Source of the DNA: Eledone cirrhosa
Lineage: Eukaryota
NCBI GenBank assembly: GCA_964016885.1
Contig: OZ024740.1
Location: forward strand, 230,578,001 to 230,642,000
DNA length: 64,000 bases
Direction: 5' to 3'
Numbering within the stretch: the first letter of the stretch is position 1; each line of letters begins with the position of its first letter. The notes under the pieces are model-generated. The model ran no database searches, was not told the DNA's origin, and saw nothing but the letters and a program-made list of their open reading frames with translations. A program made the position numbers and the translations under genes. Of the stretch, positions 25,812-38,632 are shown piece by piece.

Positions 25812-25849
<38 letters not shown>

Positions 25850-26081
25850 TATATAAAGGAAATGAATACAAAGAGTTTAAAACCATTAAAACATGTTTAT
25901 ATAAAATATATATATATATAATAATAAAGTATATATCCCTACATGCAAAATACCTTCTATCTTTGCACACGGCACTGGACAGAATTGCTTCTACATCATT
26001 CATCCTCATCTCGGGAACAATTTTGAATAGCGCCAGTTCGTAATTCGAACTCGGGAATTTTATATTGTCCGAGTGAAAAGA

Positions 26082-26167
26082 ACCTTCTGACGAGAGTCTT
26101 TCTTTTCAATGGATGTCCGTAAGGACTATCCATTTATTTTTGAGACTCGAAACCGTACGGTAAAGGT
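26082..26167 (+). ncRNA. Type-I hammerhead ribozyme with extended stem II
   Basis: ACCTT-CTGACGA-GAGTCT...AGACTC-GAAAC-CGTACG-GTA-AAGGT, with palindromic stem III ACCGTACGGT. Confidence 0.9.
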
Positions 26168-26234
26168 AACCATAGCAGGTACAGTGAATTTTTTAAAATT
26201 TATTTTAAAACTTTTTCTTATTTGCTAAACCTTG

Positions 26235-26279
<45 letters not shown>

Positions 26280-26337
26280 ATATATATTTATATGTAGGGG
26301 GAAAATGCTTCGTAATAAGGGATAGAAAGATCTTAGC

Positions 26338-26730
26338 TCAGCGATTCTTTGCTTAAACTTTAATCTGTTATTTTAATATATATTTGCTCTACGGTTCTTA
26401 TATATTTGATATATATTTATCCTTATCGAGCCCTCTTTGGATTTTAGTCTTCAAATTTATTATTATTACTATTTGGCTCCCTCGGTTGAGCACTCTACTG
26501 ACTTATATTCATCATGCAGAAACAACATCTGAATATTTCTACAAAGAACATACCCGTACCAAGCAGGAAAACATACCTAAAACTCCTGATACAGAAAACA
26601 GATGCGTTCATTAAAAGGTTGCGTTGGCGTGGCTTTTATTTCAATAATCTGCGAAAAGCAGACAACAAACAGGATAAATTTGGGTTTAAAACCTATAATA
26701 ACCCTCCATGTAACCCAGAAATGCTACCCT
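26338..26730 (+). mobile_element. 5' fragment of another Penelope-like element (UTR plus ORF N-terminus)
   Basis: STKNIPVPSRKTYLKLLIQKTDAFIKRLRWR...FGFKT..PP resembles PLE N-termini. 26338-26470 recurs at 43205-43339. Confidence 0.65.
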
Positions 26731-27867
26731 TATATTTATATATATATATATATTTATAATGCTATCAAATGCTCTGATTGCTACTTAGAAGTGATTGACA
26801 AGTTCTGCTGCTGTTAAGGTAAAAAAGCAGTGTGTGAGAGGGGGGGGGGGGGGCTCTTGGAAATACAGTAGCTAGAATGAGAACTGGAAGTTTGTCAGTG
26901 AGAATACACGACTCTTCCTTTAGTCTGTCAGTGAGAGAACAAGACTCTTCCTTGAATCAGTCAGTGAGAATACAAGACTCCCTCATGAGTCAGTCAGTGG
27001 GAGAACATGACTCCTCCTTGAGCGAGATATCAATCTGAGATAAGATTAACCACAGCTGTTCCAGTCCACTCATTTTCAGATGAGTGGACTGGGATAACAT
27101 AAAATGAAATGATTTACTCAAGGATACAACGTTCCAACCAGTGGAAGCCATAACTTTATGATTAGTAAACCAACAACTTCACTAGGAGGGAACCAGGGCC
27201 CAAAGGTATGTCTATATGGCCACTCAACATGCTAGAAACAGCAAGTAAATCATCTTCAAATCACCCATTTTCAAAACATAGATGAGACACATTAGATAAT
27301 GTAGTTCTAGATAACCTCAAAAAAACAGGATTTTTATAAAAAAATTTGCCTGATTAGGTTTGACCTGGGGTTAAACAACAACAATAACAAATACATTACA
27401 ATTTTTTCTCATATAGGCGTAAGGTCAGAAATTTGTGTGGAGAAGTTTGTCAATTAATTTGATTTCAGTACTTGACTGGTCCTTTATTTTATTGACCCCT
27501 CCAAAAGGATAAAAAGTGAGGTTCAACTCAGAATGTATACAACAAATATTTTAAGGGAATTTTCCCTGCTAAATCAGGAGTTACCTTTGAGGGCCCTGTG
27601 AGAGATTTCATACTTATCATGGGGCCTCTTTATTTCTAAAGCAATGTTTTATAGCTGAATGCTTTTCTGGGGCCAACCCTTTTAGTTGCCTCTTATAACA
27701 GGTAGGAATACAATGTACCTGGAAGATAAGGAGCTGGCACAACACTATGAAACATTTTGTCCAACTCCCTAATGACTTTGCCAATCTACAAGCATTTTAC
27801 AATAATAATATGTCATTTAAAAGAATTTAGAGAAAAACCACAGTAAATGAATTTAAGATAAACTCAC

Positions 27868-28006
27868 CCAACACCCATAAGGTATCTTGGTTTCTCATTT
27901 GGTAAAATATCTGTAGATAGAGTAACCATCTTCCAGAATGAGTGTTTTTCTTCCCCTCCACTTAGTCCACCAATAGCAAAGCCAGGAACATCTCTTTTAA
28001 TCAGTT
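27868..28006 (-). CDS. QTRT1: QTRT1 coding exon 6 ([20 protein letters not shown]...KPRYLMGVG)
   Basis: 139 bp, [11 protein letters not shown] and PRYLMGVG motifs, gtgagt donor. Confidence 0.97.
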
Positions 28007-28549
28007 CTAGAAATATTTTAAAGTTTTATAGTTTAAATGAAGCATAGTAAGATTATGATTATGTGGGGTGAGGGAACAGGAAGTGCAGGGGAGGTCTTGC
28101 TGGAAGTGAGGAACCAGTGACATCACACCAGAAGTGTGGGTTGAGTCTCTCCCTTAGTACAGGTGGCGCAGCAGAGTGTGGACGTTCTGTGATGACTGGT
28201 GCAAATGAATGTGTGAGTTTTATGTTCTTTGGTCAGACGTGAAACAGGTGAGCATCACGCAGGGAGATTCAGTCTGGACATGACTGGAGATGCAAAGGTA
28301 AGTTCCTTCGCTTCTTATGATGACAAATTGTTTTGGGAAAAACAGTACAAATAAAGAGTGAAAACTAGAATAAACTGAGAAAAACAAAACAGTTTATATT
28401 TTTATCTTATATTTCTACTACAACAAAGCACTGCTTGTCATCAACACCATACTCCATTTCTTTATTTTTGAAATAAACTGGCTTAACCTTGTAATATTAT
28501 GAAAAAGGTGGTACCACAACAAAGCCAGAGTCCAATAACTGAAACCTAC

Positions 28550-28665
28550 CTTTAGCACACTGTCGTCGAAGGTCAGCATTAAGTCCACCTTGAACTATGG
28601 GAAAGAGATTTTGGTCATGGGGTCGACTATGAGCTTTCAGACATCGATCAAGCCAGCGAATCGTC
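28550..28665 (-). CDS. QTRT1: QTRT1 coding exon 5 (TIRWLDRCLKAHSRPHDQNLFPIVQGGLNADLRRQCAK)
   Basis: 116 bp, RWLDRC and QNLFxIVQGG motifs, GT-AG boundaries. Confidence 0.96.
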
Positions 28666-28983
28666 CTAAAAAGGAAAGAAAATTGTCTAATTTTTAGTTC
28701 TTTGATATAATCACAATCTTTGTTTTTACATTGATTGTTCCATGCTAGCATAGGTTGAGTGAAACTATTCTGAGGCAGTTATTCAAAGCTGGATGCCCTT
28801 CCTCACCCATACTTTATTTAGTGACACTAAGCTGCAGGATATGTTGTTTACAAGGGACAAACATCACCACATGCTTTTGTTTTTTTACATGGTCACAGGT
28901 TGTACACAATGACTAAAACCTCATATACACACACAAAGGACAGGATTCATTATACACACACACACATACATACATATATGGAC

Positions 28984-29285
28984 CATTGATGAGGAGTTTG
29001 CAAATCAAGTATCCAAGATACACCTTTAGCTTCATACCCATCATTATTGGAGCTACGGGTTATATACCAACCGGTTTGGACCAAAGTATGACTGAACTTG
29101 GATTTGCGGACACAGAGTGCAGCTCCCTAATTCATAGTCTACAAATGGCTGCAATAGCTGGCACACCTTCAAAATTTGCAAAACATTCTTGCGATTCAAG
29201 GGATGACAATTTCTTTTCTTTTACAACCTTGCCACCAGGAAGGTGGCCGGTCAAAAAAATATACTCGAAATTAAGAGAAAGAGAT

Positions 29286-29290
<5 letters not shown>
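28984..29290 (+). mobile_element. 3' fragment of another RLE-type LINE
   Basis: YPRYTFSFIPIIIGATG...LQMAAIAGT, followed by a (TACA)n/(TA)n tail. Confidence 0.6.
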
Positions 29291-29317
<27 letters not shown>

Positions 29318-29619
29318 GTGTGTCTGAAAAGTAAATACTTTTTTCCTACTATATCAAGTGTTAAACTAATATATTTTTCATTATACTGTGTTGTTTGCTT
29401 TGTTGTTTCCATATATATATATATAAATTTGAGTATGCGTTGGTTGGTTACCGAGAGGAAGGTAAATTCTACTGATACTTGAATTCATTCATTCTAAATC
29501 ATATGCCACCAGTTCTTTGAGAAAACAACACCATACTTCAGGACAGCGCATATCAAAAGACCAAAAATAATGGAGGTAAACTTTGTTCCATCATTATGTT
29601 TGTCTGTTCAAGTTCTAGC

Positions 29620-29663
29620 TGTCTGATGAGGTCATAGCTGCTATCACCGAAATATATATTACA
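29620..29663 (+). ncRNA. Minimal hammerhead ribozyme related to the 25715 pLTR family
   Basis: TGT-CTGATGA-GGTCATAGC-T-GCTATCACC-GAAA-T-ATAT-ATT-ACA. Confidence 0.68.
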
Positions 29664-29713
29664 CCAAATATAAATAAACAAAGTTAATTTTAACCTGGTG
29701 ACTTACACTTATT

Positions 29714-29750
<37 letters not shown>

Positions 29751-32020
29751 AATGACTTCACTGGTGGTTGGTATTCTTTAATAATTCAAAACTTTACAGT
29801 AAGTTGTGATGTGAAACGAAAAGGTGATTGAGTGAAGGTCAGATTAGGGTTGAATGGCCTAAATGACCATTGACGAAGAAACAAAATAAAATTAAAGTAT
29901 TTGTATATTATTGTTGAAAAAGCAATAAAATGTTAGTGATGGTTGTTATATTTTAAACAGATATTTAATGAAAAGGTGAAAGAGAAAAGGTAATTAAATG
30001 ATTGCGCCTTATTGTGGTGGTCAGAGAGGGTTAAATTAGACAGACCTTTGGTGAAGATACAAAATAAAATTAGTGAGATAAGTATATTTATATATTATTG
30101 TTGAAAAAAAACGTAAAATGTTGGGTGATAGTGGTTGTGGGATGATATGTACAAATGAGAAATAAGTGTCATGAAAAATTGGAAGGAGAAAGTTGATTAA
30201 ATCAACGACAGTGCGTTACTGGTACTTTATTTTATTGATTCTGTAAAGATGAAAAGCAAAACTATCTCGGCAGGATTTGAAATCAGAACATAAAGGGATG
30301 TAACTCAATGTCACAAAGCATGGTGTCCGCCGCTCTACCGATTCTACTGCCATCCACCACCGCCCTATGATAATGATGATAATAATGATGAAACAATTTG
30401 ACTCATACTTTGTTAATGAATTGGAAAAAAAAGAGTAAATTTGTATTTATTTTCCCCAACAAGAACGAACAAGATATTTCTTTTCTATATTTTGACATTT
30501 CCACTGTACTGGAACAATCGTGTTTACAAGTGGGAACCTTTCCTATAGCTAACCACTCAACAGTGAAATAAGTATGACATCTTACAATACAGAAGTTATG
30601 TGGCCTACTGGTTAGGGTGTTAGGCTTTCAATAATAAGGTCATGGGTTTGATTCTTGGACTGGGTGTCATTCTCTGTTGTCTTTGAGTAAAACATTTCAT
30701 TTCATATTGCTCCAATTTACTCAGCTGAAAAAAGAAAGGAATACCAGCAACTGGATCCAGAGGAGGAGCAAGTTACACTGCAACAGACTGGCATTCTATC
30801 CAGGAGGAAAGAGGTTTTGTACTCTTTGTCACTTAAAACCAACAAAACAAGGATAAGTTCCAACCTGATGAACTTCTGGACTTGGGACAGACTTTTAACT
30901 TCCAGCAATTGCCACTCATACTTAATGGTTGGAGAAGAGTAATATATCTTAGCTGTCGGGACACTGCATCCTTCAAAACCTCCATGCTTCTCGAAATTTG
31001 CCAACATTACACCTGATATTCCGCCTCTATACACAAGCACGTATGTATCTGTGTGTTTTTCATGACTCATACACTGTTCAGTTTCCTGACATTTGTACAT
31101 TATTCTATGTACTATACATGCACTTTTGATGAGTTGTAGTGCACCTGAGCACTGTACACAATAATTTCATTATTCATTCATTCATTCATTTCATTTTACG
31201 TCCACTTTTCCCTGCTTGCAAGGGTGGGACGGGAACTGATTCTGGCTTGATTTCTACAGCTGGATGCCCTTCCTAACACCAACCTCATTTACATGAGTGC
31301 TGGGTGCTTTTTTGCCATGGCACCTCCACGACCACTTTGCAGTGGAATGATAGGGACCCCAGTCCCTATCATCTCATTTCTACAGCTGAGTAAACTGGAG
31401 CAATGTGAAATAAAGTGTCTTGCTCAAGGAAACAACACATCACCCAATCTGAGAATTGAACTCACAACCTTTCTATTATTATTATTAAAACATAGACAGA
31501 GAATTGGCAGAGTCATTGGAACATGCTTTGTGGTATTAGTCCAGGCTCTCTGCATTCTAAGTTCAAATCTTGATGAGGTCAACTTTGCCTTTCATCTTTT
31601 CAAAGTTAAGAAAAAAAGTACAGTTTAGTACTGGGTTGATTCTTCTTCTATAACAATTTTTCACTTCTTTTTTAGAACTATGATAATATAAGGGTTAATT
31701 ATATTACAAAGTTTTTGATAAATTTTAAAATTATTTATAAATGTTAGATAGTGCCATTCATTAGAAATATGGTAATGAAAGGGTTAGCTATATTACAAAA
31801 TTCATCCAAATACTTCATTAATTTCTAAATTATTTGCAAATAATAGGCAGTGCCATTCATTAGAAATATGGTAATGAAAGGGTTAAATAAAAGGGGCCCT
31901 TACTAGTGAGAAAGTTGGCAGTCACTGATACAGTCTATAAAACCCAGCATATAATCTGTATAGCCACAACAAACAAACTGATTAGGTTTAGAGATAAAGA
32001 CAGAATAGCAAAACTAATAC

Positions 32021-32099
32021 CTATGCATGGCTTCTTCTACTCTTGGCCCACTTACCAAACTGGATACAACATCATCTAACTGCATTATAATGTCAGCCC
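32021..32099 (-). CDS. QTRT1: QTRT1 coding exon 4 ([26 protein letters not shown])
   Basis: 79 bp, DIIMQLDD motif, gtag acceptor, gtatta donor. Confidence 0.96.
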
Positions 32100-32414
32100 C
32101 TACAAAAACAAAACAACACAAATAAAAAGCTGTCATTTTAAGAGGTAAGATAAGATAGATATCAATGGTCCTGGTCTTATGGCCTAAAGGTTTTTATTGT
32201 TCAAGCTGACATTACAATAACACTGTCCATTACTCTGTTCAGTGATATTACATCATGTCCAGTCCATTACGCAATAAGAGTATGTGGTTGCTTGACTTGC
32301 TAGAAATAGAGGCCAAATCTCCCTCAACTCACACCCCACTATCTTGAAGAAAAAAAAAGAAAGGACATGATATACGATCCTTTAAAAAAGAAAAACAAAA
32401 AAAGAGAAAACAAG

Positions 32415-32772
32415 ACAGGATGTGCAATGTAAATGTGAGAGAAAGGCAAAGCTTGGATGAATTGGGAGAGAAACTGGTTTTAAGAGGAATCTGAAGTGGC
32501 CTGAAAGAGAGAAGACTGCATTGGTATGGACATGTTATACACATGGATGAAGAAATGACAGGAAATACCAGTGGAAGGAAGCCTCAGTAAAGGTAGACCA
32601 AGGAAGACCTGGACAGAAACAGTGGAGGTAATCTCAAATCGCTGACACTCACAGAGGAGATGACAAAGGAACACGATGATGCTGTGCTAAAAAGGACCTA
32701 TCTATCCCATGCTAGCATGGAAAAAATGGACATAAAAATGATGGTGGTGTTGGTGGTGATGATGATGATGAT
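32415..32772 (+). mobile_element. Old RTE 3' fragment
   Basis: Degenerate RRLHWYGHV and GRPRKTW, (GAT)n tail. Confidence 0.75.
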
Positions 32773-34224
32773 GGTCATGGCTGAAATGCCTTTGATCATA
32801 TGTCTACTCCTCCAAGGGTCAGTAACAGGTGGATCTCAGACCTTTTCAAGTTTTTATATGTAAGATATAATATACATATATGAAGGTGAAGGGCTTAATG
32901 GTTAGGGTATTCGGCTCACAGTTGTCAGGTCATGAGTTTGATTCCTGGCAGCATGGTGTGTCCTTGAACAAGACACTTTATTTCACGTTGCTTCAGTTCA
33001 CTCAGATGGCAATGCGTTGTACCTGTAATTCAAAGGACTTGCTTTGTCACATATTGTATTACCCTGAATCTCCCTGAGAACTATATTAAGAGTGCAATTG
33101 TTTGTAGAATGCTTAATCACAAGCATGCTGTTCTATTGTTTGAACACCTGGAACCTTTATCATCAAAAGCAATAAAGGTCTGGCAATATACAGGTGGGTC
33201 ATGAGAAAAACTGAAAATAGGAAAAGTGAACCATTACAAACGAAGTTTCCTGGTCTACTTAATCAGGGCAGACAACAATACCAACAACAATAACAATAGA
33301 CAAGTTCTCAGACCTCATTCACTTACCATGTGGGGTGGAACATATCAAATCAGACCAAGGAAACAATGTTTCCATTGCTGATACTATTAGCCTAACTCTA
33401 ACTGATCGCAACTCCTAGCAGAAAGAGCAACATAAAATAAAGTGTCTTGACTGGTAGCTAATATCAGCAATGGAAACACTACTGGAAACATTGTTTCCTT
33501 AGTCCAATTTAACAAGTTCCACTCCACTCAGTAAGCAAATGAGGTCTGGGTTTTTGTCAATCAATTTGATCGATTGAACTCTTATCATTTTGTAATGATT
33601 TAACAGAAAATATCTAAAAACAGGTTTGTTAATTCAAATGTTTATAGTAACTTGACTGATGGACAGATCTTGTGAAAATTTGTGATTTAATGTGGTATAA
33701 GACGTTAAAAGTTAAATAGATATACTTGAATATAAGCCAACCCCACTATTTGATGTTTGAAAAATGGGCAAAAATCCTAACCTTATTCACATTCGGGTCA
33801 AAATATAAGCCAACCCCAATTCTACCATCAATTTTTAGGTCATATATCCATCAGCTAATATTCAAGTATATACAGTTCTGTATGAGCAAGACACGGTCAC
33901 TTGATTTGGCTTGTATCACAACGGGACAACTCATCTAACTCATGCTAGCGTGGAAAAATGGATATTAAACAGTATCATGATGATATGGTAAATATTTTGG
34001 TTTATACAAGAGAGATGACAATAATGACAATGAAAAATGAAAGAATAAAATAGCTAGTAAATATAAATATAAATTGAGGTCATTCATTTTATGGTAATGT
34101 TAACATGAATAATAAAACTTCTGTCTAGATAAATGTTCCTTCTTGACTCATATCTTTAAAAGAAAATATTTCACTAAAGGAGTAAAAAAAAACATAGAAA
34201 CTCACTGGCCTACATAAAATTTAA

Positions 34225-34930
34225 AGTCTAAAGTATGTGTCAAGCCCAGAGGTTTATCACGCTGGTGCTTATTCCAGTTTCTGTGATATTAAGCAACTGA
34301 GAGTATAAGACCTTCCCTGGACAGGGCACCAGTCTATCACAGTCTGTCTAGAGCCTGGAGGCTCATTACGCTGGTGCTTATCCTGATTTCTGTGTTGTTA
34401 AGCAACTGATAGTAAGATTCCTCCCTGAGCAGGGCGCCAGTCCATCACAGGTTACAGTTTGTCTCGAGCTCAGAGGCTCATCAGGCCAATGCTTATTCTA
34501 GTTTCCGTGGCATTAAGCAACTGAGAGTACAAGATTTCCCCTGGGCAGGGCGCCAGTCCATCACAGGAAGCTCATCAGGTTGGTGTGTATCCTGGTTTCT
34601 ATGGCATTAAGCAACTGAGAGTACAAAACTCTCCCCTGGACAAGGGCACCTGTCTGTCTCAAGCCTAGAGGCTTATCAGGCCACTGCTGATCCCAGTTTC
34701 TGAGGTATTAAGGTAACTGATAGTATAAGACTCCTTGCTTGACAGGATGCCAGTCCATCACGGTGTTAAACCCACAGCTATTACTGATACTCAATTTCAA
34801 CTAAGTATACTGAAGCAACGTGAAATGAAATGTTTTGTTCAAGAACACAACACACAACCCAGTTCAGGAATTGAACCTATGACATTATGATCATAAGTCA
34901 AACAACCTTACCACCATGCCACGCCTCTCT
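34225..34930 (-). repeat. Family 3 SINE with about 5 tandemly amplified ~110-bp tail modules
   Basis: Repeated CCAGAGGCTCATCAGG...AAGCAACTGAGAGTACAAGA...CCAGTCCATCAC. Confidence 0.75.
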
Positions 34931-35741
34931 ACCTTACTGGCTTATATAGCTCTACATTCAATGGTTGAGCAATTAACAGTGTTGAAACAATAAGATCATC
35001 ATCGTGTCTATGTCTTTTTTCCATGATGGTATGGGTTGGATGAGCCTTTAGTTTCTTCATTTTTTTAGGCAGATTTTCTACAGCTGGATACCTTTCTTGA
35101 TACTAACCCATACTTTACTGTAAGTATAGACTATACCACAAACCTCTGCAATTCATTGCTTACCTGCCTCTCTTCAAGCGATATCACACTCATCCACCAG
35201 ACCAATCTTTCCAACACTTTCTGCTGCTCTATGTTCATCACCCATGTCTCACTTACATAAATCATGACATTTATTACCCATGCAGCATAAACCTTTCCCT
35301 TCAGTTTCTACCCTTAAAAGGAAGCACTTTAATAAAAAACAAAGGGTAAAGACCCCCTTTGGTCCCGAATGACCATGGAATTTGCACTTAGAAAGTTCCT
35401 TTCCGAGTTTAGGCAAGGTTGTTTGTGGAAGACCAGCAGTTGCTCATACATACCAGTCTCCATTCTCCACGCTACCGATGTTGTCCAAAGGAAAGGCAAT
35501 GGCTGATGCAGCTTGGCACCAATGATGTCACAACTTATTTCTACAGCTGAGTGAACTGGAGCAACGCAAAATAAAGTGTCTTGCTCAAGGACACAATGCA
35601 TCACCCAGTCCAAGAGTCGAACTCACAACCTCTCACTTGTAAGCCCAACACTCTAACCACTAAACCATGCACCGTCGCTATAAAAGTATAAGCCGCAATT
35701 AAAATGAAATGCAATACAACCTTTTATAAACATATTCTTAC

Positions 35742-35880
35742 CAATTGTATTCTGAATTTCAATAGATTTCTCAGGAGTTAATAACATCATACTATCATCA
35801 TGAGGTGACTGGAATTCTACGCCTTCTTCAGTAACTTTGGCTAACTTCAGTAGAGACACCATCTGGAAGCCACCACTGTC
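35742..35880 (-). CDS. QTRT1: QTRT1 coding exon 3 ([10 protein letters not shown]...SIEIQNTIG)
   Basis: 139 bp, catalytic DSGGFQ motif, GT-AG boundaries. Confidence 0.97.
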
Positions 35881-36730
35881 CTAAACAGATGTAAACAATA
35901 TGGCAGTTTTAATAAAACATGCCGCAGATGTCAAAAAGAAATGTTATTATTATTCTTTTGGGGAGAGGGGATTGGCAGTGGATTGACAGTATCGGTAGAT
36001 ACTCGGACAACATGCTTTGTGGCATATAGTTATGTGCCTTTATGTTCCGAGTTCAAATCCCGCTGAGGTTAGCTTTGCCTTTCATCCTTATGGGGTTGAT
36101 AAAATAAAGTACCAGTAACACAATGGGGTTGATTTAATTGACTTTCCTCATCCCAAAATTGTTGGCCTTTAGCCTAAATTAGAAACCATTATTATTTTTT
36201 GAGATGTTATTTTTCGGATTATTTAAATTTACAATAGACAAATAATGGTTTCTACATTTGGCACAAATCCAGCAATTTGAAGTGAAGGGGGAAAGTGGAT
36301 TATTTTGACCCCAATACTTGACTGGTACTTTATTTCATCGACCCCGTAAGGATGAAAGGCAAAGCTAACCTTGGTGGGATTTGAAATCAGAGCGTAAAGG
36401 GTTGTAGCTATATGCCACAAAGCATGTTGTCCAATGCTCTACCATACCAATACTGCCAATCCACTGCTCCTATTATGACAGAGCAGGAGGAGAAGAAAAA
36501 TAAGTTTTAATATACCGTATATACTTTCCCATCGATTTTTTGGGTCACATATTCCTCAGCTTATATTCAAGTATATACGGTAAATATACACATTTCATAA
36601 TGTGGAGTTTTTTTATCATAAAACTAGGGCAGTTTCAGGTAGTTTCATATCAAAAGAGTTAATAAAGATGTAGGAGTAACATTATTAGCTACAGTAATGG
36701 CAGTGGATAGGAAGAGTAAGAATTACTTAC

Positions 36731-36799
36731 AGTTAATAAATTTCTCTTCCATCCCATAAATTCATGAAGACCACCTGCTTTTTTCATGAGATCAGGACC
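36731..36799 (-). CDS. QTRT1: QTRT1 coding exon 2 ([23 protein letters not shown])
   Basis: 69 bp, ttag acceptor, gtaagt donor, GGLHxFMxW motif. Confidence 0.96.
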
Positions 36800-38489
36800 C
36801 TAACAAAAATTATTATAATAATAGTCGTACAGTTAATACGAAGCATTGTGAAATACATAATAAATGACAGATAAGTTTCAGAAAGCCGATACATTTGTGC
36901 TAGAAATATATAAAGGGCTGTTTTCATATTACATTTGTGCTAGAAATATATAAAGGGCTGTTTTCATATTACATTTGAAAAGAGAGTAATAGCCTGAAAT
37001 ATGTTGAAATATACTGGGTAGAACATTACTTTGTTTTGTTTTTTTTGTCATCCTTTGCCCTTTATATATTTCTACTACATTGAACTAGCAATAAAGGTTT
37101 GTTTTCATTTTACATTTGAAAAGAGGGTGTTGGTCCAGAAATATACTGGATAAAGCTTTGTTTTGTTTTATTTGTCATTCTTTGCTCTTTATATATTTCT
37201 ACCACATTGTATGGGCTTTCTGAAACTTATCAGTAAAAAAATATATAATAATTGTTTCTACTCTTGGCACAAGGGCAGCAATTATCCCAGTGCATTACCG
37301 GTACTTTATTTTATCAACCCCATAAGGATGAAAGGCAAAGTTAACCTCGGCGGGATTTGAACTCAGACTGAAACTCTATGCTGCAAAGCATGGCATCCGA
37401 CCCTCTATCGATACTGTCAATATGATATATATTTTTTAAAGTTACTGGTCTCTAACAGGGCAGACACTGGTTCACAGAATATATATCTAAACATGTTTGC
37501 ATTAATTCAAATGTTTATAGAATTTGTACTGATGGATAGATCATTGTAGATTTGCAGTATTTGAGTAAAGACTTCAATTTTTAATGTGATGTAGTTATAA
37601 TGTAGTTTTATACTTTTCAAGAATGACTTGAAGCAGTTTCATGTACAGGAAATTCAGAGTTAAACTGATATGAAACAAGAGATGATTTTTTTAAAAGAAG
37701 ATAAACGGTAAACATGTCACAAGGATAGTAATGATGTGTGTAGTTTATTATGTGCTTGCCAGAAAAGAAATTGGAGTACTAATACTATTTGCAGACTAAT
37801 TTTTGTTTTAGATGTACCAAGTTCAGACATTGATATGAGGTTCAGAAGTTCTGCCCAAGTTGTACAGTCACTCTCTTGTCATTCTTGCCATCATATGAAC
37901 CAGAGACTGACCTATCAGAGACGAGTAACTTCTTTTGAAAAAAAAATAATTTTTAACAACTGATAAGATCCCAGACCTCATTCGTTTACCAAATGGAGTA
38001 GAACTCGTCCAATTGGACCAAGGAAACAATGTTTCCACTAGTTTTTCCATTGCTGATACTATCTATCTGTCGCAACTACAGGTGGAAAGAGAAATGTAAA
38101 ATAAAGTGTCTAGCTGAAGGACATAACACTTCGCCAGGTCTGGGAACTGAACTTTCAACCTCACAAATACGAATCCAATTCTCTAACCACTAAGCCACGC
38201 GACTTCACTAACGATGCTATTGTTGACAAAATACAATAAGGTTGTCATTGAAGGGTCCTCAGATGAACTACTGAAAAGGTATTACATCTGAGCTGCTTCT
38301 TATCTCTCCACCTCAGCATTAACTGCATCATTTAACCCTTTTCTGGCCATATTTCTAATGAAATACATTGTATTCCAATTAATGAAGAATTTTGAGTGAT
38401 TTACTAAAATTATTAATTATATTATTACTAAGATAGTAACTTAACATATGGATTTCCATCCTCACCGTCATCATTTAATTTCCATTTTA

Positions 38490-38632
38490 ATTATTCTATT
38501 ATTAAGATAGTAACTTAATTATTTCATTACTAAGATAGTAACTTAATTATTTTATTACTAAGATAGTAACTTAATTATTTTATTACTAAGATAGTAACTT
38601 AATTATTTTATTACTAAGATAGTAACTTAACA
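38490..38632. repeat. 28-bp minisatellite (about 5 copies)
   Basis: Unit TAAGATAGTAACTTAATTATTTTATTAC. Confidence 0.9.

Larger units (their letters stand above)
21843..25817 (-). mobile_element. Penelope-like element (RT + GIY-YIG), 5'-truncated, with inverted pLTRs
   Basis: RT and GIY-YIG coding sequence on -. 21843-22267 is the inverted copy of 25133-25817 (the latter split by a SINE). A hammerhead lies in each pLTR. AT-microsatellite flanks. Confidence 0.92.

Noticed and set aside
37820-37900. Possible C/D box snoRNA on - (ATGATGG...CTGA)
   Set aside because: Imperfect C box, weak terminal stem, and no recognisable rRNA or snRNA complementarity.
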